A DNA stretch of 64,000 bases from the NCBI GenBank assembly GCA_964478815.1, contig CAYZKY010000001.1, positions 35,043 through 99,042 on the forward strand, in the 5' to 3' direction. Positions 1 to 8,371 of the stretch are shown piece after piece; the first letter of the stretch is position 1, and the number at the start of each line of letters is the position of its first letter. Below the pieces are notes generated by a model. It had not been told where the DNA came from and searched no databases. It saw nothing but the letters and a program-made list of their open reading frames with translations. This DNA comes from an uncultured Verrucomicrobiota bacterium (GTDB lineage Bacteria; Verrucomicrobiota; Verrucomicrobiia; Limisphaerales; SXQI01). Made by a program: the position numbers and the translations under genes.

Positions 1-1065
1 GGAACGGCTGCCGAAAATTCCAGCCCCGAGAAGTTAACCAGCCTGCTTAACTTGGATGCCTTCCAGATGGAGCTGGGTTACGCGCTCGTCAGCATGGCGG
101 ATCAGCGCAAGCGCGGCGACCTGCTCGAGCGAGTCACCGGTGTTCGCCAGAATTTCGCGCAGGAGATCGGCGTCGTCATCCCTCCCATCCGGATACGCAA
201 CAATCTGCAACTGGGGGCGAACGAATACCGCTTCCTGCTCAAGGGCAACTGCATCGCTCAGGGCGAACTCATGCCTGGGCATTGGCTGGCCATGAACGCC
301 ACCAAGAGCAAGGTCACGCTCAAAGGCGTTCCCACCGTCGAACCCGTCTTCCAGCTCCCGGCCACTTGGATCACCGAATCCGAGCGCAAGAGCGCCGAAG
401 TCGCCGGATACACGACGGTCGACGCGCCATCGGTCATCATCACGCATCTTTCGGAGACACTGAAACGGAATTGCGCCGATATTCTCAGCCGTCAGGATGT
501 GCAGAGCCTTTTGGACAATCTCAAGCAGACGCACCCCACGGTCGTGAACGAGTTGATCCCGGCTCAACTCTCGGTCGGCCAGGTGCAACGCATTCTGCAA
601 AACCTGCTTTCAGAAGGCATTTCGATTCGAAATCTTGCCGGAATTCTCGAAAAGGTAGGGGATTTCGCGGGCGTCACCAAGAATCCGGACGAGCTCTCCG
701 AATTTGCCCGGCGGGCCTTGGTGGCGCAGTTGGCGAAGCCGTTCCTCGAACGCGGCAAGATGTCGGCGATTACGCTCGATCCGAAGCTCGAGCAGCAAAT
801 TGCCGGCGGGGTCCGCCAGACGCCGACGGAGATCGCGCTGAGCCTGGAACCGGGACTGGCCCGGCACCTGGTCGACACGCTCTCCAAGCAGGTTCAGAAG
901 ATGATCGCGGCGGGGCAGCCGCCTCTCGTGCTCTGCGCGCCTCAAATCCGGCTCGGGTTCAAGCGGTTCTTCGAGAGCACCTTTCCCGATCTGGCCGTGC
1001 TGTCCTACTCGGAGATACCGTCCCGGGTGGACGTGCAGAGCTCGGCCTTGATTCCCGCCGCCTAG
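1..1065 (+). CDS. flhA: Flagellar export apparatus protein FlhA, C-terminal part (5' end lies outside the window)
   Basis: Frame 1 is open from base 1. The translation (LDAFQMELGYALVSMADQRKRGDLLERVTGVRQNFAQEIGVVIPPIRIRNN...) has the conserved FlhA linker and cytoplasmic-domain signature. flhF follows directly. Confidence 0.9.
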   Translation, partial: GTAAENSSPEKLTSLLNLDAFQMELGYALVSMADQRKRGDLLERVTGVRQNFAQEIGVVIPPIRIRNNLQLGANEYRFLLKGNCIAQGELMPGHWLAMNATKSKVTLKGVPTVEPVFQLPATWITESERKSAEVAGYTTVDAPSVIITHLSETLKRNCADILSRQDVQSLLDNLKQTHPTVVNELIPAQLSVGQVQRILQNLLSEGISIRNLAGILEKVGDFAGVTKNPDELSEFARRALVAQLAKPFLERGKMSAITLDPKLEQQIAGGVRQTPTEIALSLEPGLARHLVDTLSKQVQKMIAAGQPPLVLCAPQIRLGFKRFFESTFPDLAVLSYSEIPSRVDVQSSALIPAA

Positions 1066-1077
1066 CTTTCCTGATCG

Positions 1078-2226
1078 ATGAACGTCATTCCCTTTACCGC
1101 GGACACGCCGGCCGAAGCGGTGGCCCAGATTCGAACGACCCTCGGTCCGGACGCCATCGTGCTGGAGGTGAAGCAGGTTCAGCCCACGGGGGTCGCCCGT
1201 CTCTGGCAAAAGCCGCGTTTGGAAGTGCTGGCTTGCCGACCCGACCCCGAGACCAGGCAAAAGGCGCGGGAAACCGCCCGAGCGAAGGCGGCCGCGCTCG
1301 AGGCATCCCCCCTGCAAATTTCGACCATCGGCGAGTCGGCCGCGGCCGACCGGTATCTGAATGCGGCGGCACCCCCCTCTGTTTTTTCGAGTTTAAGGGA
1401 GGGTGGAGGGTCCAAGGGGGGGGCGGGACGGTGGAGGGTGGAGTCGATGCTGGCGAATGCTGGATTGCAAGGCATTCAGGTTCAACGGCTTATGGATATG
1501 ATCCAGGCCGAACATGGGGAACAACCGCCCGGTACTTTGGCGGAAGAGCTGGCCTTGACCCGGGAAGTCCTGGGACGTTGCTGGCGCACCCCCCCTCCTT
1601 TTTTCGAGAATTCCATCCGGCCGCATGTGCTGGTGGGGCCATCGGGAGTGGGAAAGACGACGGCCTTGTGCAAGTGGCTGACGCGGGCGGCGCTGGTGGA
1701 GGGGAAGCAGGCCCGGGTCTGGCGGCTGGACGGGGCGACGGCCAACGGGGCGGAAAATCTGAGTATCTATTGTGAGATACTTGGGATTAGAACTCATCGA
1801 TCCTGGCGAGTGGATCATGGGGCGGTGGCGGCCGATCTCAACTTTATCGACCTGCCGGGAGTGGATTGGCGGAATCCGACGGCCGTCGCGGCGCTGGGGG
1901 AGCGGTTGAAGGAGTTTCTGGCGCCGGAGGTGCATCTCGTGCTGAACGCGGCGTACGAGGTGCCCATTCTGATGGCGCAACTCCGGGCATTCCGCGGGCT
2001 GCCGATCGCGGACGTCATTTTCACCCATCTCGATGACGAGCCCCGCTGGGGCAAACTTTGGAATTTCATGCTGGGCACAAATTGCATGGTGCGGTTCTTG
2101 AGCGCCGGCCAGGAAGTGCCGGGCGGGTTTTACGACGCGACGAGCGAGCTGCTGCTGGGGCGGCTGCTGCCGGGGCCTGGCGCCGGGGAAGAAAGCGGGA
2201 TGCGCGCGGGCGCAGTTTCTGCCTAG
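1078..2226 (+). CDS. flhF: Flagellar biosynthesis SRP-type GTPase FlhF
   Basis: 382 aa. P-loop GPSGVGKTT, then FIDLPG and THLDDE motifs typical of FlhF/FtsY-like GTPases. Located immediately after flhA. Confidence 0.85.
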   Translation: MNVIPFTADTPAEAVAQIRTTLGPDAIVLEVKQVQPTGVARLWQKPRLEVLACRPDPETRQKARETARAKAAALEASPLQISTIGESAAADRYLNAAAPPSVFSSLREGGGSKGGAGRWRVESMLANAGLQGIQVQRLMDMIQAEHGEQPPGTLAEELALTREVLGRCWRTPPPFFENSIRPHVLVGPSGVGKTTALCKWLTRAALVEGKQARVWRLDGATANGAENLSIYCEILGIRTHRSWRVDHGAVAADLNFIDLPGVDWRNPTAVAALGERLKEFLAPEVHLVLNAAYEVPILMAQLRAFRGLPIADVIFTHLDDEPRWGKLWNFMLGTNCMVRFLSAGQEVPGGFYDATSELLLGRLLPGPGAGEESGMRAGAVSA

Positions 2227-2244
2227 CTGGCGCGAGAACGACAA

Positions 2245-2260
2245 TGGCATGGCCGGTGCT
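2245..2260 (+). promoter_or_regulatory. Candidate sigma-54 (-24/-12) promoter TGGCATggccgGTGCT
   Basis: GG and GC elements have the canonical spacing (TGGCAY-N5-xTGCT). It ends 32 nt upstream of the 78-aa ORF that is translationally coupled to fliA. Confidence 0.4.
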
Positions 2261-2292
2261 TATGCACGGAACCGGAGCGAAATGAGAAACGT

Positions 2293-2529
2293 ATGCGAGC
2301 CATGATGAGTATCGGCGGACTGGTCGGTTTCTTAATCGGGCTTTCACCCGGCCTGGGAGACTCCGGGATCTGGGGGGAAAATCTCCTGCGGGCGAGTGTC
2401 TCCGCGCTCGCGGCCGGATGGCTGATGCGGTGGTGGGGCGGGGTGTGGGTGCGCAACTGGCACCAAGCGCACGCCCAGCGGACACAACAGCCGGAAGTTT
2501 CTCAAAATAGCGCCAACTCTCACGTATGA
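2293..2529 (+). CDS. Small predicted two-helix membrane protein (78 aa), function unknown
   Basis: Two hydrophobic stretches (MMSIGGLVGFLIGLSPGL; ASVSALAAGWLMRWWGGVWV). Its TGA overlaps the fliA ATG (ATGA at 2526-2529). It occupies the slot where flhG normally sits. Confidence 0.45.
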   Translation: MRAMMSIGGLVGFLIGLSPGLGDSGIWGENLLRASVSALAAGWLMRWWGGVWVRNWHQAHAQRTQQPEVSQNSANSHV

Positions 2530-3338
2530 ACTCTTACGACTCTGAATCATCGGTAGCCACGCTGGACGCGAGCCCAACCCCGGTGGAACTCTGGCAACGG
2601 TACCGGCGGGCCTCGGCGGGAAGCACCGCCGAAGACTTGTTGATCCAGGAGTACCTGCCGCTGGTGAAAACGGTGGTGGGCAAGATGGCGATGACGCTGC
2701 CGACGCATGTGGCGATCGAGGACTTGCAGAGCGCGGGCATGATCGGCTTGCTGAACGCCGTGCGCCAGTTCGATCCGCAGATCAATCCGGTCTTCGAGAG
2801 TTATGCGCGGCTGCGCATCCGCGGCGCGATTCTGGACGAATTGCGGCGGATGGACTGGGTGCCGCGCTCGGTGCATGTGAAGGCGCGGACGGTGGAGCGC
2901 ACGATGCGGGAGCTCGAACAGACCCAGGGCCGGCTGCCGACGGACGGCGAAATGGCGCGGGCGCTGCAGTTGACGGTGCCCGAGTACGAGAAGCTGCTCA
3001 CCGAGATTCAACCGGCGGTGTTCATTCATCTGGATGCGGTGCCGAAGGTGGACGGGGAGCGGCGTTCGGCCCAGAGCGAAATCATTTCCGACGAGGCGTG
3101 CGACGATCCGGTGGAAGAAACGTCGCGCCGGGAGCTGGCGAGCCTGATCATCGAGCGGCTGGACCATCTGCCCGAGATGCAGAAGAAGGTGCTGGCGCTC
3201 TATTACTTCGAAGACATGCGGCTCCGGGAAATCGCGGAGGTGTTCGGGGTGACGGAGTCGCGCATTTGCCAGATCCACACCCGGGCGATCCTGTCGCTGC
3301 GGACGTGGCTGGACAAGGTGAACAAGCTGCCGGAGTAA
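2526..3338 (+). CDS. fliA: Flagellar sigma factor FliA (sigma-28)
   Basis: 270 aa. Region 2 (LIQEYLPLVKTVVGKM...DLQSAGMIGLLNAVRQFDP) and region 4 HTH (LREIAEVFGVTESRICQIHTRAI) are typical of FliA/WhiG sigma factors. Confidence 0.9.
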   Translation: MNSYDSESSVATLDASPTPVELWQRYRRASAGSTAEDLLIQEYLPLVKTVVGKMAMTLPTHVAIEDLQSAGMIGLLNAVRQFDPQINPVFESYARLRIRGAILDELRRMDWVPRSVHVKARTVERTMRELEQTQGRLPTDGEMARALQLTVPEYEKLLTEIQPAVFIHLDAVPKVDGERRSAQSEIISDEACDDPVEETSRRELASLIIERLDHLPEMQKKVLALYYFEDMRLREIAEVFGVTESRICQIHTRAILSLRTWLDKVNKLPE

Positions 3339-3357
3339 ACCCCGGCTCCTGCCTGCC

Positions 3358-4221
3358 ATGCTAGTTATTGTTGGAGCCCTGGTGGTGATCGGGTCGGTGC
3401 TTGGCGGATTCGTCATGGCCGGCGGCAACCCGATGTCGCTCTGGCATCTCTCGGAAGTCATCGTGATTTGCGGGTCGGCGCTGGGTGCGCTGATCATCAT
3501 GTCCCCGAAGCACATTCTGGTGGAGCTGATTCACCAGATCCTGGCATCGCTCAAGGGGTCTCCCTACAGCAAGAGCTCCTATTTCGATTTGTTCGGCGTG
3601 CTCTACGAACTGTTTCTCGTCAGCCGCCGCAACGGCACGGTGGCGCTGGAAGGGCACCTGACGGCCCCGGACAGCAGCCCGATTTTGACGAAGTACCAGT
3701 CCTTCTTTCAGAACAAGGAAGCGGTGCGCTTTTTGTGCGGATCGCTCCGTCCGGTGGTGGACGGGAAGATCAAGCCGGATCAATTAAAGACATTGCTGGA
3801 GGCAGAGCTGGAAGGAATGGAGGAGGAACATCACGCGCCGGCCGGTGTGCTGGCCAAGGCGGCGGACGCGATGCCGGGATTCGGGATCGTGGCGGCCGTG
3901 CTCGGCATCGTGATTACGATGGGCGCCATCGCGGGCCCGATCGAAGAGATTGGCCATAAGGTCGCCGCCGCGCTGGTCGGAACGTTCCTCGGGATTTTCG
4001 TGTCGTACGGCTTCATGAATCCGCTGGCGGTGAACATCGAGTTCATCAACGCGGCGAAGCACGCGTACTTGCGCTCGATCGCCTCGGCGGTGATCGCCTT
4101 CGCGGGCGGCATGGCTCCGCTCATGGCGGTGGAGATCGCGCGCCGCGGCTTGACCAGCGATGTGCGGCCGGACGCGGACGAAATGGAAAACCGGCTGAAA
4201 TCGGCTGGAGGCGGAAAATGA
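3358..4221 (+). CDS. motA: Flagellar stator protein MotA
   Basis: 287 aa, four hydrophobic segments. The C-terminal AAALVGTFLGIFVSYGF...P motif is typical of the MotA/TolQ/ExbB family. It overlaps the motB start (ATGA). Confidence 0.9.
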   Translation: MLVIVGALVVIGSVLGGFVMAGGNPMSLWHLSEVIVICGSALGALIIMSPKHILVELIHQILASLKGSPYSKSSYFDLFGVLYELFLVSRRNGTVALEGHLTAPDSSPILTKYQSFFQNKEAVRFLCGSLRPVVDGKIKPDQLKTLLEAELEGMEEEHHAPAGVLAKAADAMPGFGIVAAVLGIVITMGAIAGPIEEIGHKVAAALVGTFLGIFVSYGFMNPLAVNIEFINAAKHAYLRSIASAVIAFAGGMAPLMAVEIARRGLTSDVRPDADEMENRLKSAGGGK

Positions 4222-4958
4222 GCAAGAAGGGCGGACATCACGGTGGAGCCTGGAAGGTAGCCTACGCCGACTTCGTCACGGCGATGATGGCGCTCTTCAT
4301 GGTGCTGTGGCTGACGGCGCAGGACCAGCGGATCAAGGAGGCGGTAGAACGCGCGTTCCGGAATCCGTTCTCCTCGGTTACCAAACAGTCGGTGGGGATC
4401 ATTCCGAGCGATCAAGTCCAGGCGGTGAAGGAAAGCTCCGGGAATTTCGATTCGGCCTCGGCGGTGGAGCTGCAGATGTTGCGCCGGTTGAATCAGGATC
4501 TGAGCAAGATGTTGCAGAGCAATCCCGACAATCCCGACGAGAACGCGCTCCAATTAGAGCTATCGCCGGAAGGGTTGCGCATCAGCGTCTTCGACCGGGC
4601 ACGCAAACCGGCTTTTGCCGCCGATTCCTCGGAGTTTACCGAGTACGGACGATGGATCTTTACCACGCTCGCGTGGACGATTTCGCAGTACACGAGTTTC
4701 CATATCGAACTCGAGGGCCACTCGCAGCGCCGCTCAACCGAGAACGCAGGCCGCGGAGACGACTGGGATCTCACCGCCAATCGGGCCAATGCCTCGCGGC
4801 GCCTGCTGATCGAGAATGGCGTGGACTCCGCACAAATCCGCAAGGTGGCCGGGTATGCCGACACCATGCCGATGGCCGATTCGGCCGCGACCGATGAATC
4901 GAACAGCCGGGTGACCGTCATGATGCGGCTCCGCCCGAGCGAAGCTCCCTCCCGATGA
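4218..4958 (+). CDS. motB: Flagellar stator protein MotB (OmpA-like C-terminal domain)
   Basis: 246 aa. N-terminal WKVAYADFVTAMMALFMVLWL carries the conserved plug/TM Asp. The C-terminal OmpA-like region includes NRANASRRLLIENGV. Confidence 0.85.
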   Translation: MSKKGGHHGGAWKVAYADFVTAMMALFMVLWLTAQDQRIKEAVERAFRNPFSSVTKQSVGIIPSDQVQAVKESSGNFDSASAVELQMLRRLNQDLSKMLQSNPDNPDENALQLELSPEGLRISVFDRARKPAFAADSSEFTEYGRWIFTTLAWTISQYTSFHIELEGHSQRRSTENAGRGDDWDLTANRANASRRLLIENGVDSAQIRKVAGYADTMPMADSAATDESNSRVTVMMRLRPSEAPSR

Positions 4959-5239
4959 CAACCGCTTTCCAACCATTGGCCCCAACGAAGACCCCTGCGA
5001 GCGCTTCCGACCGCTTCCGGGTGAAGCGCATGCCGGGCGAACGCGCGAAACCGGCTTTTGTGCCGCTGGGCGCCGCCTCTCGAACGGAAAGCGCGGCGAA
5101 CCCGCCGTCCGCCGTCCCCGCGCCCGTGGGAGGCGTGACCTTCGAGCGGGAAGGGGACGTGATCAAGATGATCCAGGTGCGGTGCAGTTGCGGGCAGGTC
5201 ACCCACCTGACGTGCGACTACGCGGACGCCGCGGCGTGA
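4955..5239 (+). CDS. Hypothetical 94-aa protein translationally coupled to motB
   Basis: Its ATG overlaps the motB TGA (ATGA at 4955-4958). Pro/Ala-rich N-terminal half. The C-terminal 35 aa (VTFEREGDVIKMIQVRCSCGQVTHLTCDY) look structured. I recognise no family. Confidence 0.4.
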   Translation: MTTAFQPLAPTKTPASASDRFRVKRMPGERAKPAFVPLGAASRTESAANPPSAVPAPVGGVTFEREGDVIKMIQVRCSCGQVTHLTCDYADAAA

Positions 5240-5273
5240 TTCGGCCGGCGGCGAAATTCGCCGATAAAAGTCG

Positions 5274-5289
5274 TGGCACAGCCGGTGCT
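5274..5289 (+). promoter_or_regulatory. Candidate sigma-54 (-24/-12) promoter TGGCACagccgGTGCT
   Basis: Same architecture as the site at 2245. It ends 13 nt before the flgF ATG, which is uncomfortably close for a normal leader. Confidence 0.35.
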
Positions 5290-5302
5290 ATGATGAGCTG
5301 CG

Positions 5303-6025
5303 ATGAACGTCAGTGCCTACCAGGCCTCCGCAGCCCTCACGGCCCAAAGCCAATGGATGGAGGTCATTTCCCAGAATCTCGCCTCCTCCGGGATGCCGGG
5401 CTTCAAGGCGCAGGAACTATCGTTCTCCGCGGTCCAGGATGAACGGGCTGGAATCGAAGGGCTGATTCCCCAAACCAAGCTCACGACCAATTTCCAACCC
5501 GGGCCGCTCCGGCCCACGGGCCATCCCACCGATTTCGCGATCGAAGGCGCCGGATTTTTCGAAGTGCAATTGCCGGGCGGGACGACGGCTTTCACGCGCA
5601 ACGGGGAGTTCACGGTCAATGCCCAGGGCCAACTGGTGACCAAGGCGGGTTACCCCGTGCTGGATGGCGGGACGCCGATCCAGATGGATCCCACCAATCC
5701 GCGGCCGATCACGGTCGCTTCGACCGGGGAAATCTCGCAAGGCACGCAACCGGTCGGCCGGTTGAGCGTGGTCGAATTCGCCGACCTGAAACAATTGCGG
5801 CCCACCGGATGGGGGTGCTTCGTGCCCGCCGGACCGGAGACGCAACCGATGCCGGCGACCGGCTCCACGGTGCGGCAAGGATTCGTGGAAGCCTCGAACG
5901 TGTCCTCGACGACCGAGATGGTGCGGCTGATCTCGGCCATGCGGCAATTCGAAGCGAACCAGCGCGTGGTGCAAAGCCAGGACGATCGCCTGGGGAAGGC
6001 GATCACGACCCTGGGCAACCTCTAG
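5303..6025 (+). CDS. flgF: Flagellar basal-body rod protein FlgF
   Basis: 240 aa. N-terminal rod motif (ISQNLASSGMPGFK) and C-terminal rod motif (VRQGFVEASNVSSTTEMVRLISAMRQFEAN). Confidence 0.85.
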   Translation: MNVSAYQASAALTAQSQWMEVISQNLASSGMPGFKAQELSFSAVQDERAGIEGLIPQTKLTTNFQPGPLRPTGHPTDFAIEGAGFFEVQLPGGTTAFTRNGEFTVNAQGQLVTKAGYPVLDGGTPIQMDPTNPRPITVASTGEISQGTQPVGRLSVVEFADLKQLRPTGWGCFVPAGPETQPMPATGSTVRQGFVEASNVSSTTEMVRLISAMRQFEANQRVVQSQDDRLGKAITTLGNL

Positions 6026-6040
6026 TCAACCGGCACGACC

Positions 6041-6823
6041 ATGTTACGCGCACTCTATTCTTCCGCCACGGGCATGCAGGCCCAGCAACTGAATCTGGAT
6101 GTCATCGCGAACAACCTCGCGAACGTCAACACGACGGGGTTCAAGAAGAGCCGGATCGAGTTTCAGGATTTGCTCTACCAAACCACCCGCGCCGCCGGGG
6201 CGGAAGCGGGCTCCGGCAACCAGTTGCCGACGGGATTGCAGATCGGGCATGGGTCGCGCGCCGTTTCGACTTCCAAGATTTTTACAAACGGCGAACTCAG
6301 CCAGACGGGGAGCAAGTGGGATGTGGCCATCCAAGGGGATGGTTTTTTCGAGGTGCAATTGCCGGACGGCACGACGGCGTACACCCGGGACGGCGCCTTG
6401 AAGACCAATGCCACGGGGCAAATTACCACTAGCGATGGCTTGCCCGTTCAAGGCGGCTTCCAACCGGTTCCGACCGGGACAACCTCCGTCACGATCACTT
6501 CGAGCGGCGACGTGACCACCCTCGGGTCGGGAGGAGCGCAATCCTACCGGGTCCAGCTCGTTCGATTCTCGAATCCATCGGGACTCGATCCGATCGGGCG
6601 AAACCTGTTCCGCGAATCGCCGGCCTCGGGCGCGCCCGAATTGGGCAACCCCGGCGAAAACGGTTTTGGCGAGTTGCAGCAGGGGTTTGTCGAACTTTCC
6701 AATGTAAAGGTCGTGGAGGAAATGGTGAACCTCATCGTCGCGCAGCGGGCTTACGAAGTGAACTCGAAGGCCGTGCAGGCCGCCGACGACATGATGCAGC
6801 AGAGCAACAATTTACGGCGATAA
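6041..6823 (+). CDS. flgG: Flagellar distal rod protein FlgG
   Basis: 260 aa. MLRALYSSATGMQAQQLNLDVIANNLANVNTTGFK and the C-terminal LQQGFVELSNVKVVEEMVNLIVAQRAYEVNSK are near-canonical FlgG. Confidence 0.92.
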   Translation: MLRALYSSATGMQAQQLNLDVIANNLANVNTTGFKKSRIEFQDLLYQTTRAAGAEAGSGNQLPTGLQIGHGSRAVSTSKIFTNGELSQTGSKWDVAIQGDGFFEVQLPDGTTAYTRDGALKTNATGQITTSDGLPVQGGFQPVPTGTTSVTITSSGDVTTLGSGGAQSYRVQLVRFSNPSGLDPIGRNLFRESPASGAPELGNPGENGFGELQQGFVELSNVKVVEEMVNLIVAQRAYEVNSKAVQAADDMMQQSNNLRR

Positions 6824-6825
6824 GA

Positions 6826-7770
6826 ATGAATCGGCTGGGACGCATCGCGGTATTGGCACTGGGACTCGCCTGGAGCGGAGTCGCAGCGGAACCATCTGCC
6901 ACGACCGCGGAACCCGCCACGCTTCGACCGGAGGCGCAAGTCACCGGCGAAGGAGTTTTCCTGGAACAGCTTGTCACGGACGGAACGGCGGAGAAGGTGC
7001 GGCTGTGCGACGCGCCGCCGCTCGGACAGCGGCTGGTCCTGCCGCGAGCCAGGCTCACCGCCCTGCTGGGAGAGAAGCACGCTGGCCGGACCTGGGCTGG
7101 GGCGGAGCAGGTGGTAGTGACGCGGGCCGCGCGCGTCCTGGAGGAACCGGAGCTGAAAACCCTGCTCACGGCTGAACTGCAACGAGCGCATGTGCGGACC
7201 CGGGGAGAACTGCAAATCCGATGTTTGCGGCCCTGGACGCCGGCTTCCGTGCCGAACGAGCCGCTGGCGGTCAAGGTGGTGGAGCTGCCGCTGGCCGGAG
7301 TGACCGCGAACTTCATCGTTCGCTTCGAACTTCGGACAGAACACGAACTAATCGGACAATGGCAGATGCCGTTGCAGGCCCAGATTTGGAACGACGTGTG
7401 GGTGGCGCGCTCGCTCGTGCCGAGGGGTGAATTGCTGCGGGACGCGGATTTAAGCAAGGAACGGCGGGATGTCATGACGCTGCGGGAAGCGATCGGCGGC
7501 TCCGCGGAATTGCCCGAGGGTGTGGAAGTGGCGTCGAGCCTGCCGCAGGGATCGGTCGTGCTGGCGTCGCACCTGCGGCTGCGTCCGCTGGTGCGGAGGG
7601 GGCAGATCGTCGAAGCCGTCCTGCAAGAGGGCGGCCTGGCCGTCACGTTAAAGGTGGAGGCGCTGGAGCATGGGGCGGCCGGGCAAGTGATCCGGGTTCG
7701 CAATTTGCAGAGCCGGCGCGAATTTCGAGGAAAGGTGGCAAATGAAGAAACGGTGCATGCGATTCTATAG
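6826..7770 (+). CDS. flgA: Flagellar P-ring assembly chaperone FlgA (SAF-domain type)
   Basis: 314 aa with a signal peptide. The C-terminal VRRGQIVEAVLQEGGLAVTLKVEALEHGAAGQVIRVRNLQSRREFRGKV is the typical FlgA/SAF beta-clip. Located between flgG and flgH. Confidence 0.75.
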   Translation: MNRLGRIAVLALGLAWSGVAAEPSATTAEPATLRPEAQVTGEGVFLEQLVTDGTAEKVRLCDAPPLGQRLVLPRARLTALLGEKHAGRTWAGAEQVVVTRAARVLEEPELKTLLTAELQRAHVRTRGELQIRCLRPWTPASVPNEPLAVKVVELPLAGVTANFIVRFELRTEHELIGQWQMPLQAQIWNDVWVARSLVPRGELLRDADLSKERRDVMTLREAIGGSAELPEGVEVASSLPQGSVVLASHLRLRPLVRRGQIVEAVLQEGGLAVTLKVEALEHGAAGQVIRVRNLQSRREFRGKVANEETVHAIL

Positions 7771-8371
7771 TGCAATCGGAGTAGCGATGACCCTGGCGGG
7801 TCCCGCGCTCCAGGCGGATTCTCTTTGGGCAAACGCGGCGGCGCCGCGGGCCATTACGAGCGACCGCAAGGCGCTGGCGGTGGGGGATATTCTCTCGATC
7901 TTGGTGCAGGAAAATACCGCGGCGAGCAAGGACACGAGCACCAAGACGGCCAAGAAGACCGGCCTGGACGCCAGCATCAGCAGCTTTCTCTTCAGTCCGG
8001 GGGCCAGCAAGCTGCTGACGAAGAAGGGCCAGTTGCCGGCCATGAAGATGGACTCGAACAACAGCTTCGACGGCAGCGGGCAGGTCAACAACAACGAGAA
8101 GATCGTCGCCCGGATCGCCGTGACGGTGATCGACGTCCTGCCCAACGGCAATCTGGTGGTGGAAGGCTCGCGGCAAACGGCCTTCTCCGGCGAAACCCAG
8201 GACGCGGTGCTGCGCGGCATCGTGCGGACGGCGGATATCGGCGCGAACAATACGGTCTACAGCTACAACGTCGCCAATGCGACCATCCGCTACATTTCAA
8301 AAGGCGCCGCTTCCGACGGGAGCCGCAAGGGCTGGTTCACCAAGGTTTGGGATAAATTGACACCTTTCTAA
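7742..8371 (+). CDS. flgH: Flagellar L-ring protein FlgH
   Basis: 209 aa. DRKALAVGDILSILVQENTAASKD...NNSFDGSGQVNNNEKIVARIAVTVIDVLPNGNLVVEGSRQ matches the FlgH core. The real start may be an internal Met at 7757. Confidence 0.85.
   Translation: MKKRCMRFYSAIGVAMTLAGPALQADSLWANAAAPRAITSDRKALAVGDILSILVQENTAASKDTSTKTAKKTGLDASISSFLFSPGASKLLTKKGQLPAMKMDSNNSFDGSGQVNNNEKIVARIAVTVIDVLPNGNLVVEGSRQTAFSGETQDAVLRGIVRTADIGANNTVYSYNVANATIRYISKGAASDGSRKGWFTKVWDKLTPF

Noticed and set aside
5260-5267. Exact GCCGATAA (sigma-28 -10 consensus) upstream of flgF.
   Set aside because: No TAAA-like -35 element sits at the required spacing of about 15 nt (the sequence there is TCGG). An isolated 8-mer is expected by chance about once or twice in 128 kb of two-strand sequence. 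It is kept only as a remote alternative to the adjacent sigma-54-like site.
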